Below are positions 8,945 to 17,261 of a DNA stretch of 17,353 nt, one piece after another. The translations under genes were made by a program, and so were the position numbers. Position 1 is the stretch's first letter. The number at the start of each line of letters is the position of its first letter. Under the pieces are notes generated by a model. That model did not search any database, was not told the origin of the DNA, and was given only the letters and a program-made list of their open reading frames with translations. Source of the DNA: Fidelibacterota bacterium (lineage in GTDB: Bacteria > Fidelibacterota > Fidelibacteria > Fidelibacterales > Fidelibacteraceae); assembly GCA_034723415.1 (NCBI GenBank), contig JAYEOX010000058.1, positions 1-17,353 on the forward strand, read 5' to 3'.

Positions 8945-9700
8945 ATGAAGGCAATGATTTTAGCAGCGGGTTATGGCACTCGTCTAAAACCAATAACAGA
9001 TGATATTCCGAAAGCATTAGTTAAAATAAATGGAATAACACTTTTAGAAAATGCGATAAAAACCGTATCGCGATTTGGTTTTGATGAAATAATTATCAAT
9101 GTTCATCACTTTTCTGAAAAAGTTAAAGAGTTTATTAAAGAAAATAAATTTCCGGTTAAAATAACAATTTCTGATGAAAGTGAAAAATTGTTAGACACCG
9201 GTGGCGGTTTAAAAAAAGCAAGTTGGTTTTTTAATGACGAGGATTTTTTGCTATACAATGTTGATATTGTTTCTGATATAAATTTAGAAAAAATGTTGGA
9301 GCAACATAGAAATAACCCTTCAATTGCTACATTAGCAGTTCGTAAGCGGGAGTCAGCAAGATATTTACTTTTTAATGATAATAATATATTATGTGGTTGG
9401 GAAAGTGTGAAAAGCAATCAAGAAATTATTAAAAGGATAGCAGAAAAATATACCCCAATGGCTTTTAGTGGAATTCATATAATTAATTCAAAAATTTTCC
9501 AATTGATGCCAAAAGAAAATAAATTTTCAATTATAAAATTATATTTGGAAATTGCAAATAGTAATAGATTGCAAAGTTTTGATCATTCAAATTCGTTGTG
9601 GATTGATGCGGGGAAGATTAAGGGGCTTAAACTTGCTAAGAATATAGCCACGCAAAACACGAAAAATTATACGAAAAGTCAAGAAAAAGTTGAAGATTAG
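8945..9700 (+). CDS. murU: Nucleotidyltransferase, MurU-like (N-acetylmuramate alpha-1-phosphate uridylyltransferase)
   Basis: MKAMILAAGYGTRLKPIT...PKALV, E..LLDTGGGL, YNVD, FSGI and WIDAG. Adjacent to the amgK-like gene, as in the known amgK-murU pair. Confidence 0.82.
   Translation: MKAMILAAGYGTRLKPITDDIPKALVKINGITLLENAIKTVSRFGFDEIIINVHHFSEKVKEFIKENKFPVKITISDESEKLLDTGGGLKKASWFFNDEDFLLYNVDIVSDINLEKMLEQHRNNPSIATLAVRKRESARYLLFNDNNILCGWESVKSNQEIIKRIAEKYTPMAFSGIHIINSKIFQLMPKENKFSIIKLYLEIANSNRLQSFDHSNSLWIDAGKIKGLKLAKNIATQNTKNYTKSQEKVED
9645..9679 (+). repeat. Interspersed direct repeat, copy 1 (internal CACGAAA-type periodicity)
   Basis: TAGCCACGCAAAACACGAAAAATTATACGAAAAGT; 27 of 35 positions are identical to 10380-10413 with one gap. 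Confidence 0.7.
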
Positions 9701-9739
9701 TTTCTGTGCTTTATTTTAATTAAAAAAAAGGAAAGAAAT

Positions 9740-10372
9740 ATGAAAAATACAGGATTAAAAACAGTTTTATCAACTTTAGTTTTTTTTGGGATTATTTATA
9801 TGACATTGACTTTTACGAACAGATCAGGAAGAATGGCATATTTAATTACCGGATTGTTGTTGTTTGCTTTTGGGATTTATTCTTTTATAAAATCTCAACA
9901 AATTAAGGGGAATAAATTTATTAGTAATTTACTAGCAATTACCAGCGGAATAGCAATTTGGGGATTTATCGGAGAATTTATGGAAAATGCTAATTTGTAT
10001 ATTGAACATTCAACAGTTAAAATTGCACACTGGAATTTTCTACCGATTTTATTATTAATGATTTTTATTTTTTTTCAAATTAGAAAAGATTTGAAAATAT
10101 CCGTTCAATTCTCATTAGCAAGTTTTTTAATGATTTGGAGTATGCACTATATTATGATATTTCAATTTGAAGTGCTTTCACGAACACATTTTACCACTTA
10201 TATTATGTGTGGTATGTTTTTAATTTTGACAATATTGGCAATTATTAAAACTAAAAAATCATCTGAAATAAATACAGTTATGTTTTGGTCTTATTTTGGA
10301 TTGTTAACTGCTTGGACTGTGTTAGAATATATTTGGGGGTGGAGATTAATTCCTGGACCTTATTCTATTTAA
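9740..10372 (+). CDS. Hypothetical polytopic membrane protein (~7 hydrophobic segments)
   Basis: Clean 210-aa ORF with alternating hydrophobic stretches and a purine-rich AAGGAAAG upstream. No family recognised. Confidence 0.75.
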   Translation: MKNTGLKTVLSTLVFFGIIYMTLTFTNRSGRMAYLITGLLLFAFGIYSFIKSQQIKGNKFISNLLAITSGIAIWGFIGEFMENANLYIEHSTVKIAHWNFLPILLLMIFIFFQIRKDLKISVQFSLASFLMIWSMHYIMIFQFEVLSRTHFTTYIMCGMFLILTILAIIKTKKSSEINTVMFWSYFGLLTAWTVLEYIWGWRLIPGPYSI

Positions 10373-10379
10373 AAGAAAG

Positions 10380-10413
10380 TAGCCATGAAAGACACGAAAA
10401 AAAGCACAAAAGT
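10380..10413 (+). repeat. Interspersed direct repeat, copy 2
   Basis: TAGCCATGAAAGACACGAAAAAAAGCACAAAAGT, starting 7 nt after the membrane-protein stop; matches 9645-9679. Confidence 0.7.
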
Positions 10414-10455
10414 GTAAAAAAATTTAAATATTATTTAAAACAGGAAAAAATAAAA

Positions 10456-11496
10456 ATGATTGATTTAAGAAGTGATACGGTAACAAAACCAACAAAAAAA
10501 ATGAGAGAAGTAATAGCAAATGCAGAAGTTGGAGATGATGTTCTTGGTGATGATATTATTGTAAATAATTTACAAGAACGAGTTGCAAAAATGTTTGGAA
10601 AGGAAGCCGGACTTTTTATGCCAAGTGGAACAATGAGTAACCAAATTGCAATAGCGATTCAAACAGAGCCGGGAACAGAAGTTATATGTGATAAAAATTC
10701 TCATATTTATATTTATGAAAGTGCTGCTCCATCTATAATTTCAGGTGTTCAAATTAAACCATTAGATTGTGGAGACGAAATACTTATTCCAGAAATCCTT
10801 GAAAAAAATATTCACGATTGGAGCGATATTCATCATGCCCCAACTACATTGATTGAAGTGGAAAATACAAATAATAAAGCTGGCGGAATAATTTTATCAT
10901 TAGAAAGAATTAAAAAGATAAAAGAAATTGCAGACAAATATAAAATTCCATTACATCTTGACGGAGCGAGAATTTGGAATGCATCTGTTGCTACCGGAAT
11001 AAGTTTTGAAAAATACGGAAAATATTTTGATACAATAAGTGTTTGTTTTAGTAAAGGGTTGGGAGCGCCGGTTGGTTCAATGTTACTTGGAACAAAAAAA
11101 CTTATAGAAAAAGCATTGAGAAAAAGAAAACAGCTTGGTGGTGGAATGAGACAAATTGGTTTATTAGCTGCCGCTGTGGATTATGCACTTGATAATAATT
11201 TAGATCGAATAAAAGACGATCATAAGCATGCGAAATATTTTGCTGAAGAAGTAAGTAAAATATCAGGGTTTGAGATAAATTTAAAAAATATTCAATCAAA
11301 TATTGTTATGATAAAAGTTAGAGATGGTTATGCAGATATAGTTGTTGAAAAATTAGAAAAGTTAGGATTACAATCTTTATCGCTATCTAAATCAATTATT
11401 AGAGTTGTTTTCCATCTTCATATAAATGATGATGATACGGAAGATGCGATAAAAATTTTAAAAAAGATAAATATTAAAAGAGGAAAAGATGAATAA
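10456..11496 (+). CDS. ltaE: Low-specificity L-threonine aldolase (PLP-dependent)
   Basis: Canonical start [13 protein letters not shown], then [34 protein letters not shown] (PLP lysine) and GGGMRQ.G. Start corrected from 10285 to the ATG at 10456. Confidence 0.95.
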   Translation: MIDLRSDTVTKPTKKMREVIANAEVGDDVLGDDIIVNNLQERVAKMFGKEAGLFMPSGTMSNQIAIAIQTEPGTEVICDKNSHIYIYESAAPSIISGVQIKPLDCGDEILIPEILEKNIHDWSDIHHAPTTLIEVENTNNKAGGIILSLERIKKIKEIADKYKIPLHLDGARIWNASVATGISFEKYGKYFDTISVCFSKGLGAPVGSMLLGTKKLIEKALRKRKQLGGGMRQIGLLAAAVDYALDNNLDRIKDDHKHAKYFAEEVSKISGFEINLKNIQSNIVMIKVRDGYADIVVEKLEKLGLQSLSLSKSIIRVVFHLHINDDDTEDAIKILKKINIKRGKDE

Positions 11497-12316
11497 AAAA
11501 TTATTAAACAGGATTTTTATATCTGTTCTTTATGTTCCAACAATTGTCATTTTATTATATTTTGGGAAATTTTATTTTCTCGGATTTATTATGATTGTTG
11601 CCGGATTAGCATTATGGGAGTTGTTTAATATTACAAAATTTCCATCAACTGTTTTAAAAATCATTAATATCGTTTTATCAATGCTTGGGGCTTTAGCACT
11701 ATATGGTAATAAATTTGTATTTGTTGTTTTATTGATCTTTTTATTATTTTCATTAAATTCTGTGATTTTAATGATATTTTATGAGAAAAATTTTATTAAG
11801 AATTTATTTTTAAGTATTGGCGGTTTTATTTATCCGGCACTAAGTATTGGCTCTTTAATTTTAATTAGAGAATTTCCAAAATTAATAACCGTTCCTTATA
11901 GCACTGGTTGGACGCTTGGGATATTATTGTTTCTTGGTATTTGGATTTGTGATATGTTTGCATATTTTTTTGGAGTTGCTTACGGTAAAAATAAAATTTA
12001 TCCTTCAGTAAGTCCAAATAAATCGTGGGAAGGTACAATTGCCGGAATTTTTGGAAGTATAATTGTTTATCTAATTGCATATAAATTTAATGTGATCAAT
12101 TTCTTTAATTTTTGGGATTATTTGGCGATGGCATTAATTACCGGTGTTTTTGGTCAATTGGGAGATTTTGTAGAATCAAAAATAAAGAGAACAATTGGTG
12201 TGAAAGATTCTTCCAATTTATTAATGGAACATGGTGGAGTTTTAGATAGGTTTGATTCTTTAGCATTAGCGGCGCCGATATTTTGGTTATATTTATATTT
12301 GCATTTTGTAAATTAA
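11489..12316 (+). CDS. cdsA: Phosphatidate cytidylyltransferase
   Basis: Polytopic membrane protein with D.FAYF.G, SPNKSWEG, GDFVES.IKR and KDS...HGGVLDRFDS. Overlaps the ltaE stop by 8 nt (ATGAATAA). Confidence 0.96.
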   Translation: MNKKLLNRIFISVLYVPTIVILLYFGKFYFLGFIMIVAGLALWELFNITKFPSTVLKIINIVLSMLGALALYGNKFVFVVLLIFLLFSLNSVILMIFYEKNFIKNLFLSIGGFIYPALSIGSLILIREFPKLITVPYSTGWTLGILLFLGIWICDMFAYFFGVAYGKNKIYPSVSPNKSWEGTIAGIFGSIIVYLIAYKFNVINFFNFWDYLAMALITGVFGQLGDFVESKIKRTIGVKDSSNLLMEHGGVLDRFDSLALAAPIFWLYLYLHFVN

Positions 12317-12329
12317 TTGTTTAATTTAT

Positions 12330-12351
12330 ATATGAGTTTTATGACAAAATA
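12330..12351. promoter_or_regulatory. Candidate operator/repeat motif upstream of the glmL-like gene
   Basis: ATATGAGTTTTATGACAAAATA is nearly identical to 17262-17282. The core TTTTATGACAAAA is an imperfect palindrome. Confidence 0.35.
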
Positions 12352-12365
12352 ATTGAGGTATAAAA

Positions 12366-14186
12366 GTGATAAAAAAAGAAATTCAATCAATATTAGCTAC
12401 AGATTGTGGTAGTACTACTACAAAAGCAATTCTAATTGAAAAAAAAGAAGGTGTTTATCGTCTGGTAACAAGAGGGGAAGCACCAACAACTGTAGAAGCA
12501 CCATTTGAAGATGTGACACGTGGAGTATTGAACAGCGTAAAGGAAGTTGAAGAGCTTCGTGAAAGACAGCTACTGGATGGTGATAAGATCATCTCTCCTC
12601 AAAAAGATGATAAAGGAGTAGATATTTATATTTCCACAAGTTCCGCAGGTGGTGGATTGCAGATGATGGTAGCGGGATTAGTTATGGCAATGAGCGCTGA
12701 ATCGGCAGAGAGAGCTGCACTTGGAGCTGGTGCAATTGTAATGGATATTGTTGCTGCAAATGATGGGAGACTGGCACACGAAAAAATATCCAGAATAAGA
12801 CATTTAAGACCGGATATGATACTTTTATCCGGAGGAACTGACAAAGGCAATGTAAAGACCGTTGTAGAATTATCCGAATTGATAAAAGCTGCAAATCCTC
12901 AACCACGATTAGGAATGAATTATAAATTGCCGGTTATTTATGCTGGTAATAAAAAAGCATCTGGAGAAGTTGAGAAAAATTTAAATGAAATTAGTGATTT
13001 AAGTGTTGTTCCTAATTTGCGTCCTACATTAGAAAGTGAAAATCTTGGTCCAGCTCGTGATAAAATTCATGATCTGTTTATGGAACATGTAATGGCACAA
13101 GCACCGGGATATAAAAAATTAATGGCTATGACAGATGCGGATATTATGCCTACTCCCGGAGCAGTTGGATACATTATGCAAGTAATTGCAAGGAATGAAA
13201 ACATCACTGTTGTTGGTGTTGATATTGGTGGAGCTACTACGGATATATTTTCAGTTTTTAAAGATCTTGAATCAAAAAAACCTGTATTTAATAGAACTGT
13301 AAGCGCAAATCTTGGAATGAGTTATTCTATTTCAAATGTATTAGCAGAAGCTACGTTACCAAATATTCAAAGATGGGTTCCATTTGAAATAGATGAAGTA
13401 GAACTAAGAAACCGTATCGGGAATAAAATGATACGTCCAACAACAATTCCTCAATCATTAGAAGAATTGAAACTTGAACAGGCAATTGCGAGAGAAGCAT
13501 TGAGATTGTCATTCAAACAACATAAATCATTTGCTGTTGGACTTAAGGGAGTGCAAAGAGAAAGAACTATTTCAGATGCATTTGAACAAACAGCTTCCGG
13601 AGAAACACTTGTAAATATGATGGATCTGGATTTAATGGTCGGAAGTGGGGGAGTACTTTCTCATGCACCGAGGAGACATCAAGCAGCAAAAATGATGATT
13701 GATGCATTTTTACCCGAAGGTATTACTCAAATTGCAGTAGATTCAATTTTTATGATGCCGCATTTAGGTGTTTTGGCAAGTGTAAATGAACATGCTGCTA
13801 CGGAAGTTTTTAATAAAGATTGTCTGATCCGTTTAGGTACATGTATCGCTCCAGTTGGAAAATCGAAAGCAGGGAAAGATTATGTTAAAGTTGAATTGGA
13901 TTTACCAGATGGTACAAAATTTAAAAAGACAATGAAATATGGTGATTTATTACTTATAGAAGCCCCTTATACAGAAATTCCTGCAATGATCACTCCAGCT
14001 TCAAGAAAAATTGATATTGGTTCAGGCCCTGGTGAAATTGTAAATACAAAAGTTTACGGAGGAACTGTAGGAATAATTATTGATGCAAGAGGAAGACGAC
14101 CTTTTATTATTCCGGAAGATCCAAAAGAGAGAGTTGAGAAATTACAGGAATGGAGTAAAGCAATAAAAGAATTTGATGAAAAATAA
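12366..14186 (+). CDS. GlmL/MutL-family (glutamate mutase L-like) actin-like ATPase, long form
   Basis: ASKHA phosphate-1 motif ATDCGSTTTK and phosphate-2 motif VDIGGATTDIFS. Family motifs TSSAGGGLQM, AERAALGAG, PDMILLSGGTD.G, YAGN, MPTP, RTVSANLGM and GSGGVL. GTG start with GAGGT RBS at 12355-12359. Confidence 0.88.
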   Translation: MIKKEIQSILATDCGSTTTKAILIEKKEGVYRLVTRGEAPTTVEAPFEDVTRGVLNSVKEVEELRERQLLDGDKIISPQKDDKGVDIYISTSSAGGGLQMMVAGLVMAMSAESAERAALGAGAIVMDIVAANDGRLAHEKISRIRHLRPDMILLSGGTDKGNVKTVVELSELIKAANPQPRLGMNYKLPVIYAGNKKASGEVEKNLNEISDLSVVPNLRPTLESENLGPARDKIHDLFMEHVMAQAPGYKKLMAMTDADIMPTPGAVGYIMQVIARNENITVVGVDIGGATTDIFSVFKDLESKKPVFNRTVSANLGMSYSISNVLAEATLPNIQRWVPFEIDEVELRNRIGNKMIRPTTIPQSLEELKLEQAIAREALRLSFKQHKSFAVGLKGVQRERTISDAFEQTASGETLVNMMDLDLMVGSGGVLSHAPRRHQAAKMMIDAFLPEGITQIAVDSIFMMPHLGVLASVNEHAATEVFNKDCLIRLGTCIAPVGKSKAGKDYVKVELDLPDGTKFKKTMKYGDLLLIEAPYTEIPAMITPASRKIDIGSGPGEIVNTKVYGGTVGIIIDARGRRPFIIPEDPKERVEKLQEWSKAIKEFDEK

Positions 14187-14230
14187 TAATAAATTTATAA
14201 ATAAAAACAATGATCTATTATTTAAATAAT

Positions 14231-14236
14231 AGGAGG
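14231..14236 (+). promoter_or_regulatory. Strong Shine-Dalgarno site
   Basis: AGGAGG 5 nt upstream of the ATG at 14242. Confidence 0.8.
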
Positions 14237-14241
14237 ATAAA

Positions 14242-15372
14242 ATGGCACATGCTTATGTACCAGGTTTAAAAGTAGTACCGCATACAATTGTAAAGAAATC
14301 AAGACAATTACCGATTAAAGGTAAAATATTAAAGAAGGTAGGTGAAAAAGTATTAGCAGCCGATGATGTAGCAAAGACACATTTACCGGGAAATATTGTT
14401 CCGACAAATATTGCAAATAAATTAAATATAGAACCGGTAGATATAAAAGATTTTATGAAAAAAGAGGAAGGTGACCCAATAAAAAAAGGGGAAATAATTG
14501 CTGAGACAAATGGAATATTTGGAATATTTAAGAGTTCTGTAATGGCACCTATAGATGGCACATTAGATTCCTTTTCACATATTACAGGTCAAGCGATTTT
14601 ACGAGAAAACCCAATTCCTGTTGCTGTAAATGCCTATGTTAATGGTGTTGTAGATGAAATTATTAAAGATGAGGGAGTTGTTGTGAAGACACACGCTGCT
14701 TTTATTCAAGGGATTTTTGGTCTTGGTGGTGAACAAAGAGGAGAATTAAAAATCGTAACTTCTACACAAGATATTCCAATTGAAGGAAAAATGATAGATG
14801 AAAGTTGTAAAGGTAAAATTATTGTTGGTGGAGCATTTTTAACACATTCAGCCTTCAAAAAAGCAATAAAAATAGGAGTGAAGGGAATTATTGTTGGTGG
14901 ATTTAATTACAATGATATTAAAAAAATAATTGGGTATGATATTGGTGTTGCAATAACCGGACAGGAAGATATTAATACAACATTGATCTTAACTGAAGGG
15001 TTTGGTGAAATTCACATGGCAAAACAAACATTTGAATTGCTAAAAAAACATGAAGGTGATGTTGCTTCGATAAATGGTGCTACACAGATTCGTGCAGGTG
15101 TAATTCGTCCGGAAGTCATTATTCCAGTAAAGTCGTTAGATTCAAAAAAAGGTTCGGTCGAAAAAGGAATAATTGGTATGGATATTGGAACAGAAGTGAG
15201 AATAATTCGAGCACCATATTTCGGAATGATAGGAACTGTTGCCGGGCTTCCACATAAATTACAAAAGTTAGAATCAGGTTCATTGGCTCGTGTTGCAAAA
15301 ATAAAAGTATGGGAAACCAAAGAAGAAGTATTATTACCACGAGCAAACTTAGAGATGATAGAAAATAAATAA
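14242..15372 (+). CDS. Uncharacterised GlmL-associated protein: barrel-sandwich-hybrid-like N-terminus, glycine-rich alpha/beta middle, C-terminal KOW-like motif
   Basis: Hybrid-like motifs KKVGEKV and EGDPIKKGEIIA...APIDG. Middle GKIIVGG...AIKIGVKGIIVGG. C-terminal IGTEVRIIRAPYFGMIGTV. Perfect RBS. Domain calls are by pattern recognition only. Confidence 0.8.
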   Translation: MAHAYVPGLKVVPHTIVKKSRQLPIKGKILKKVGEKVLAADDVAKTHLPGNIVPTNIANKLNIEPVDIKDFMKKEEGDPIKKGEIIAETNGIFGIFKSSVMAPIDGTLDSFSHITGQAILRENPIPVAVNAYVNGVVDEIIKDEGVVVKTHAAFIQGIFGLGGEQRGELKIVTSTQDIPIEGKMIDESCKGKIIVGGAFLTHSAFKKAIKIGVKGIIVGGFNYNDIKKIIGYDIGVAITGQEDINTTLILTEGFGEIHMAKQTFELLKKHEGDVASINGATQIRAGVIRPEVIIPVKSLDSKKGSVEKGIIGMDIGTEVRIIRAPYFGMIGTVAGLPHKLQKLESGSLARVAKIKVWETKEEVLLPRANLEMIENK

Positions 15373-15396
15373 CAATATTAATTTATTAGGAATATT

Positions 15397-15798
15397 ATGT
15401 ATTTTACAAGTAAATATTTTAATGATACAATACTATTTAAAGCAAAGGATATAGTATTAAGCGATTTGGGAATTGTTCAATATAAAAAGGGGCTTGCATC
15501 TGCATTATCTAAACAAGATGTGAAAAATATTATTCTAAATTTTAAACGGGTAAAAATTAATAATAGCAACGGACTAAGTACACTATTATTGGCGAAAAGA
15601 TATTCTCAAGGTAAAGGGGGGAAATGTACCTTAGCATTCCCTCAACCCAAAGTTGTTAGTTGTATGAAAAAAGCAGGCATATATCAACTATTTAGAATTA
15701 TTAATGATAAAAATGAATATCAAATGATGATAAAGAAAATCAGGAAAGTGAATGAAGTAGAAAAACCCTCAGATGACAAAGTTATCAATAAAAAATAA
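15397..15798 (+). CDS. STAS-domain protein (anti-sigma factor antagonist-like)
   Basis: IILNFKRVKINNSNGLSTLL matches the STAS consensus vvlDlsgV.fiDSsGlg.L, followed by GGKCTLAFPQPKV...GIYQLF.I. Confidence 0.75.
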   Translation: MYFTSKYFNDTILFKAKDIVLSDLGIVQYKKGLASALSKQDVKNIILNFKRVKINNSNGLSTLLLAKRYSQGKGGKCTLAFPQPKVVSCMKKAGIYQLFRIINDKNEYQMMIKKIRKVNEVEKPSDDKVINKK

Positions 15799-15818
15799 AA
15801 TATATTACTTGAGTTGTA

Positions 15819-16436
15819 GTGATTTTATTTTTCCAAAACATTGATTATCAATTATTTATTTTAGTTAATCAAAAATTAATACATCCTATATTGGATGTAT
15901 TTTTTGTATTAATAACAGGAAAAATATTTTGGATTGCTCCTTTATTAGCTTTCTCAGTTTTTGTTCTGATTTTCGACAAGAAAAGAGGACGCATTGCTTT
16001 TATTTTAATTATTTTAACGATAAGTTTTACTGATTTTTCTGCTTATCGTTGGTTGAAACCAAATATAAAAAGAATCAGACCTTCAAGAGCTATGAAATAT
16101 TATAAAGATGTTAGCCCGGAACTAAATAGAGCATTGAAAGATATTAGAATATTAACAGGAAAAGGTGGAAAATGGTCAATGCCATCAAATCACGCATCCA
16201 ATTTTTTTGCTGCTGCAACTCTTTTGGCAATTTTTTATTTTAGATATAGATATTTATATTTTATTACAGCATTTTTAGTAGGATATTCTCGTATCTATGT
16301 TGGGAAACATTATCCATTTGATGTTTTTATGGGAATGATCTATGGAGTATTTATTGCATTATTGTTTTATTATTTTTGGGTAATGATAAGAGTAAGATTA
16401 GAAAAAAAGGAAAATTATTTACTTACGATAAGATAG
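15819..16436 (+). CDS. PAP2-family membrane phosphatase (undecaprenyl-PP / phosphatidylglycerophosphate phosphatase-like)
   Basis: C1 K......RP (KPNIKRIRP), C2 SMPSNH and C3 SRIYVGKHYPFDV, with several TM segments. GTG start. Confidence 0.92.
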   Translation: MILFFQNIDYQLFILVNQKLIHPILDVFFVLITGKIFWIAPLLAFSVFVLIFDKKRGRIAFILIILTISFTDFSAYRWLKPNIKRIRPSRAMKYYKDVSPELNRALKDIRILTGKGGKWSMPSNHASNFFAAATLLAIFYFRYRYLYFITAFLVGYSRIYVGKHYPFDVFMGMIYGVFIALLFYYFWVMIRVRLEKKENYLLTIR

Positions 16437-16438
16437 CT

Positions 16439-17152
16439 CTATTTTATTTTAAAATAACCATTACGAATTTTCATAACTTTTTTATTAATTCTTTTCATAA
16501 ATAATGTTTTGTAAAGTATTCTTTTTATTCCAGTCAAAGTTTGTTTGTAATATTCAAAAAAATCATCCGGAGAATTATATATATCTAAATATTCAATAAT
16601 CCCGCCTCTTTGAACAAATGTATTTTGACCACTCCAAGTGTTCTTAATTTTATTTTGATCAATTAGTGCTATTCCATATTCATTAAATTCATTGTCTTTA
16701 TCTGGAAACATTGATAAAACTTTATTTAAGTAATTTTTATCAACAGTAACACCTTCTAAGATGATCCATTTATCTTGATAGAATACTTCTGTCCAACCAT
16801 GAATCATTTTTTGCGGAAACAGTAAATAGGCAATGCCTGTAACTGCTCCATTATGAATATTTTTCTTAATTTTTAATCCCTTGAATCTGCAGGAAATCTC
16901 GTTTGAGCGTAAAAGTGCCATAAGTAGTATGGATTTTGTTATTCCATTTCCCATTTTTTTTTCTAAAACATCAGATGCTCGCACATTATCAGATTCGGGA
17001 TAACCAAACAAAATTTCGTTTTGGACAAAATTATAAATCTGTTTGATCTTTTCATATTTAGTTAATTTTGACCATTTTTTTTGTGAGTTTAAATCTACAA
17101 TAAATTTATGCTCATAATTCAATAATTTTGTTTTTTGTAAGAATCTATTCAT
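16439..17152 (-). CDS. Transglutaminase-like superfamily protein with catalytic Cys replaced by Gly
   Basis: IYNFVQNEILFGY...ASDVL..KMGNGITKSILLMALLRS.EISCR, HGWTEV and WIILEG follow the transglutaminase-core pattern, except that G-x-C reads G-N-G. Confidence 0.85.
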   Translation of the reverse strand: MNRFLQKTKLLNYEHKFIVDLNSQKKWSKLTKYEKIKQIYNFVQNEILFGYPESDNVRASDVLEKKMGNGITKSILLMALLRSNEISCRFKGLKIKKNIHNGAVTGIAYLLFPQKMIHGWTEVFYQDKWIILEGVTVDKNYLNKVLSMFPDKDNEFNEYGIALIDQNKIKNTWSGQNTFVQRGGIIEYLDIYNSPDDFFEYYKQTLTGIKRILYKTLFMKRINKKVMKIRNGYFKIK

Positions 17153-17261
17153 TTATTTGTTTTCTCTTTTTCCCATAAAGTAATATAAAAAATATTTGTT
17201 TAATATGAAACAGTATTTTTTAATAAAAATCAATAATTACTACTGTTTGTTAATAGATAAA

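Noticed and set aside
9645..10413. CRISPR interpretation of the ~35-bp direct repeats
   Set aside because: There are only two degenerate copies, 700 bp apart with a whole gene between them, and no cas genes.
10285..10455. 57-aa N-terminal extension of LtaE
   Set aside because: It overlaps the upstream gene and runs through repeat copy 2. The family starts at MIDLRSD (10456).
12366..14186. Annotation as DNA mismatch repair MutL or as a catalytic glutamate mutase
   Set aside because: This is a name collision only. The motifs are actin-like ASKHA, not GHKL, and no B12-binding motif is present.
20..15346. Short alternative-frame or antisense ORFs (20-223, 554-790, 639-854, 2142-2348, 3905-4153, 6139-6351, 8418-8723, 9106-9417, 11102-11299, 11865-12080, 12626-12850, 12682-12906, 14253-14561, 15012-15320, 15119-15346)
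   Set aside because: All overlap well-supported genes and show no recognisable motifs; they are shadow ORFs.
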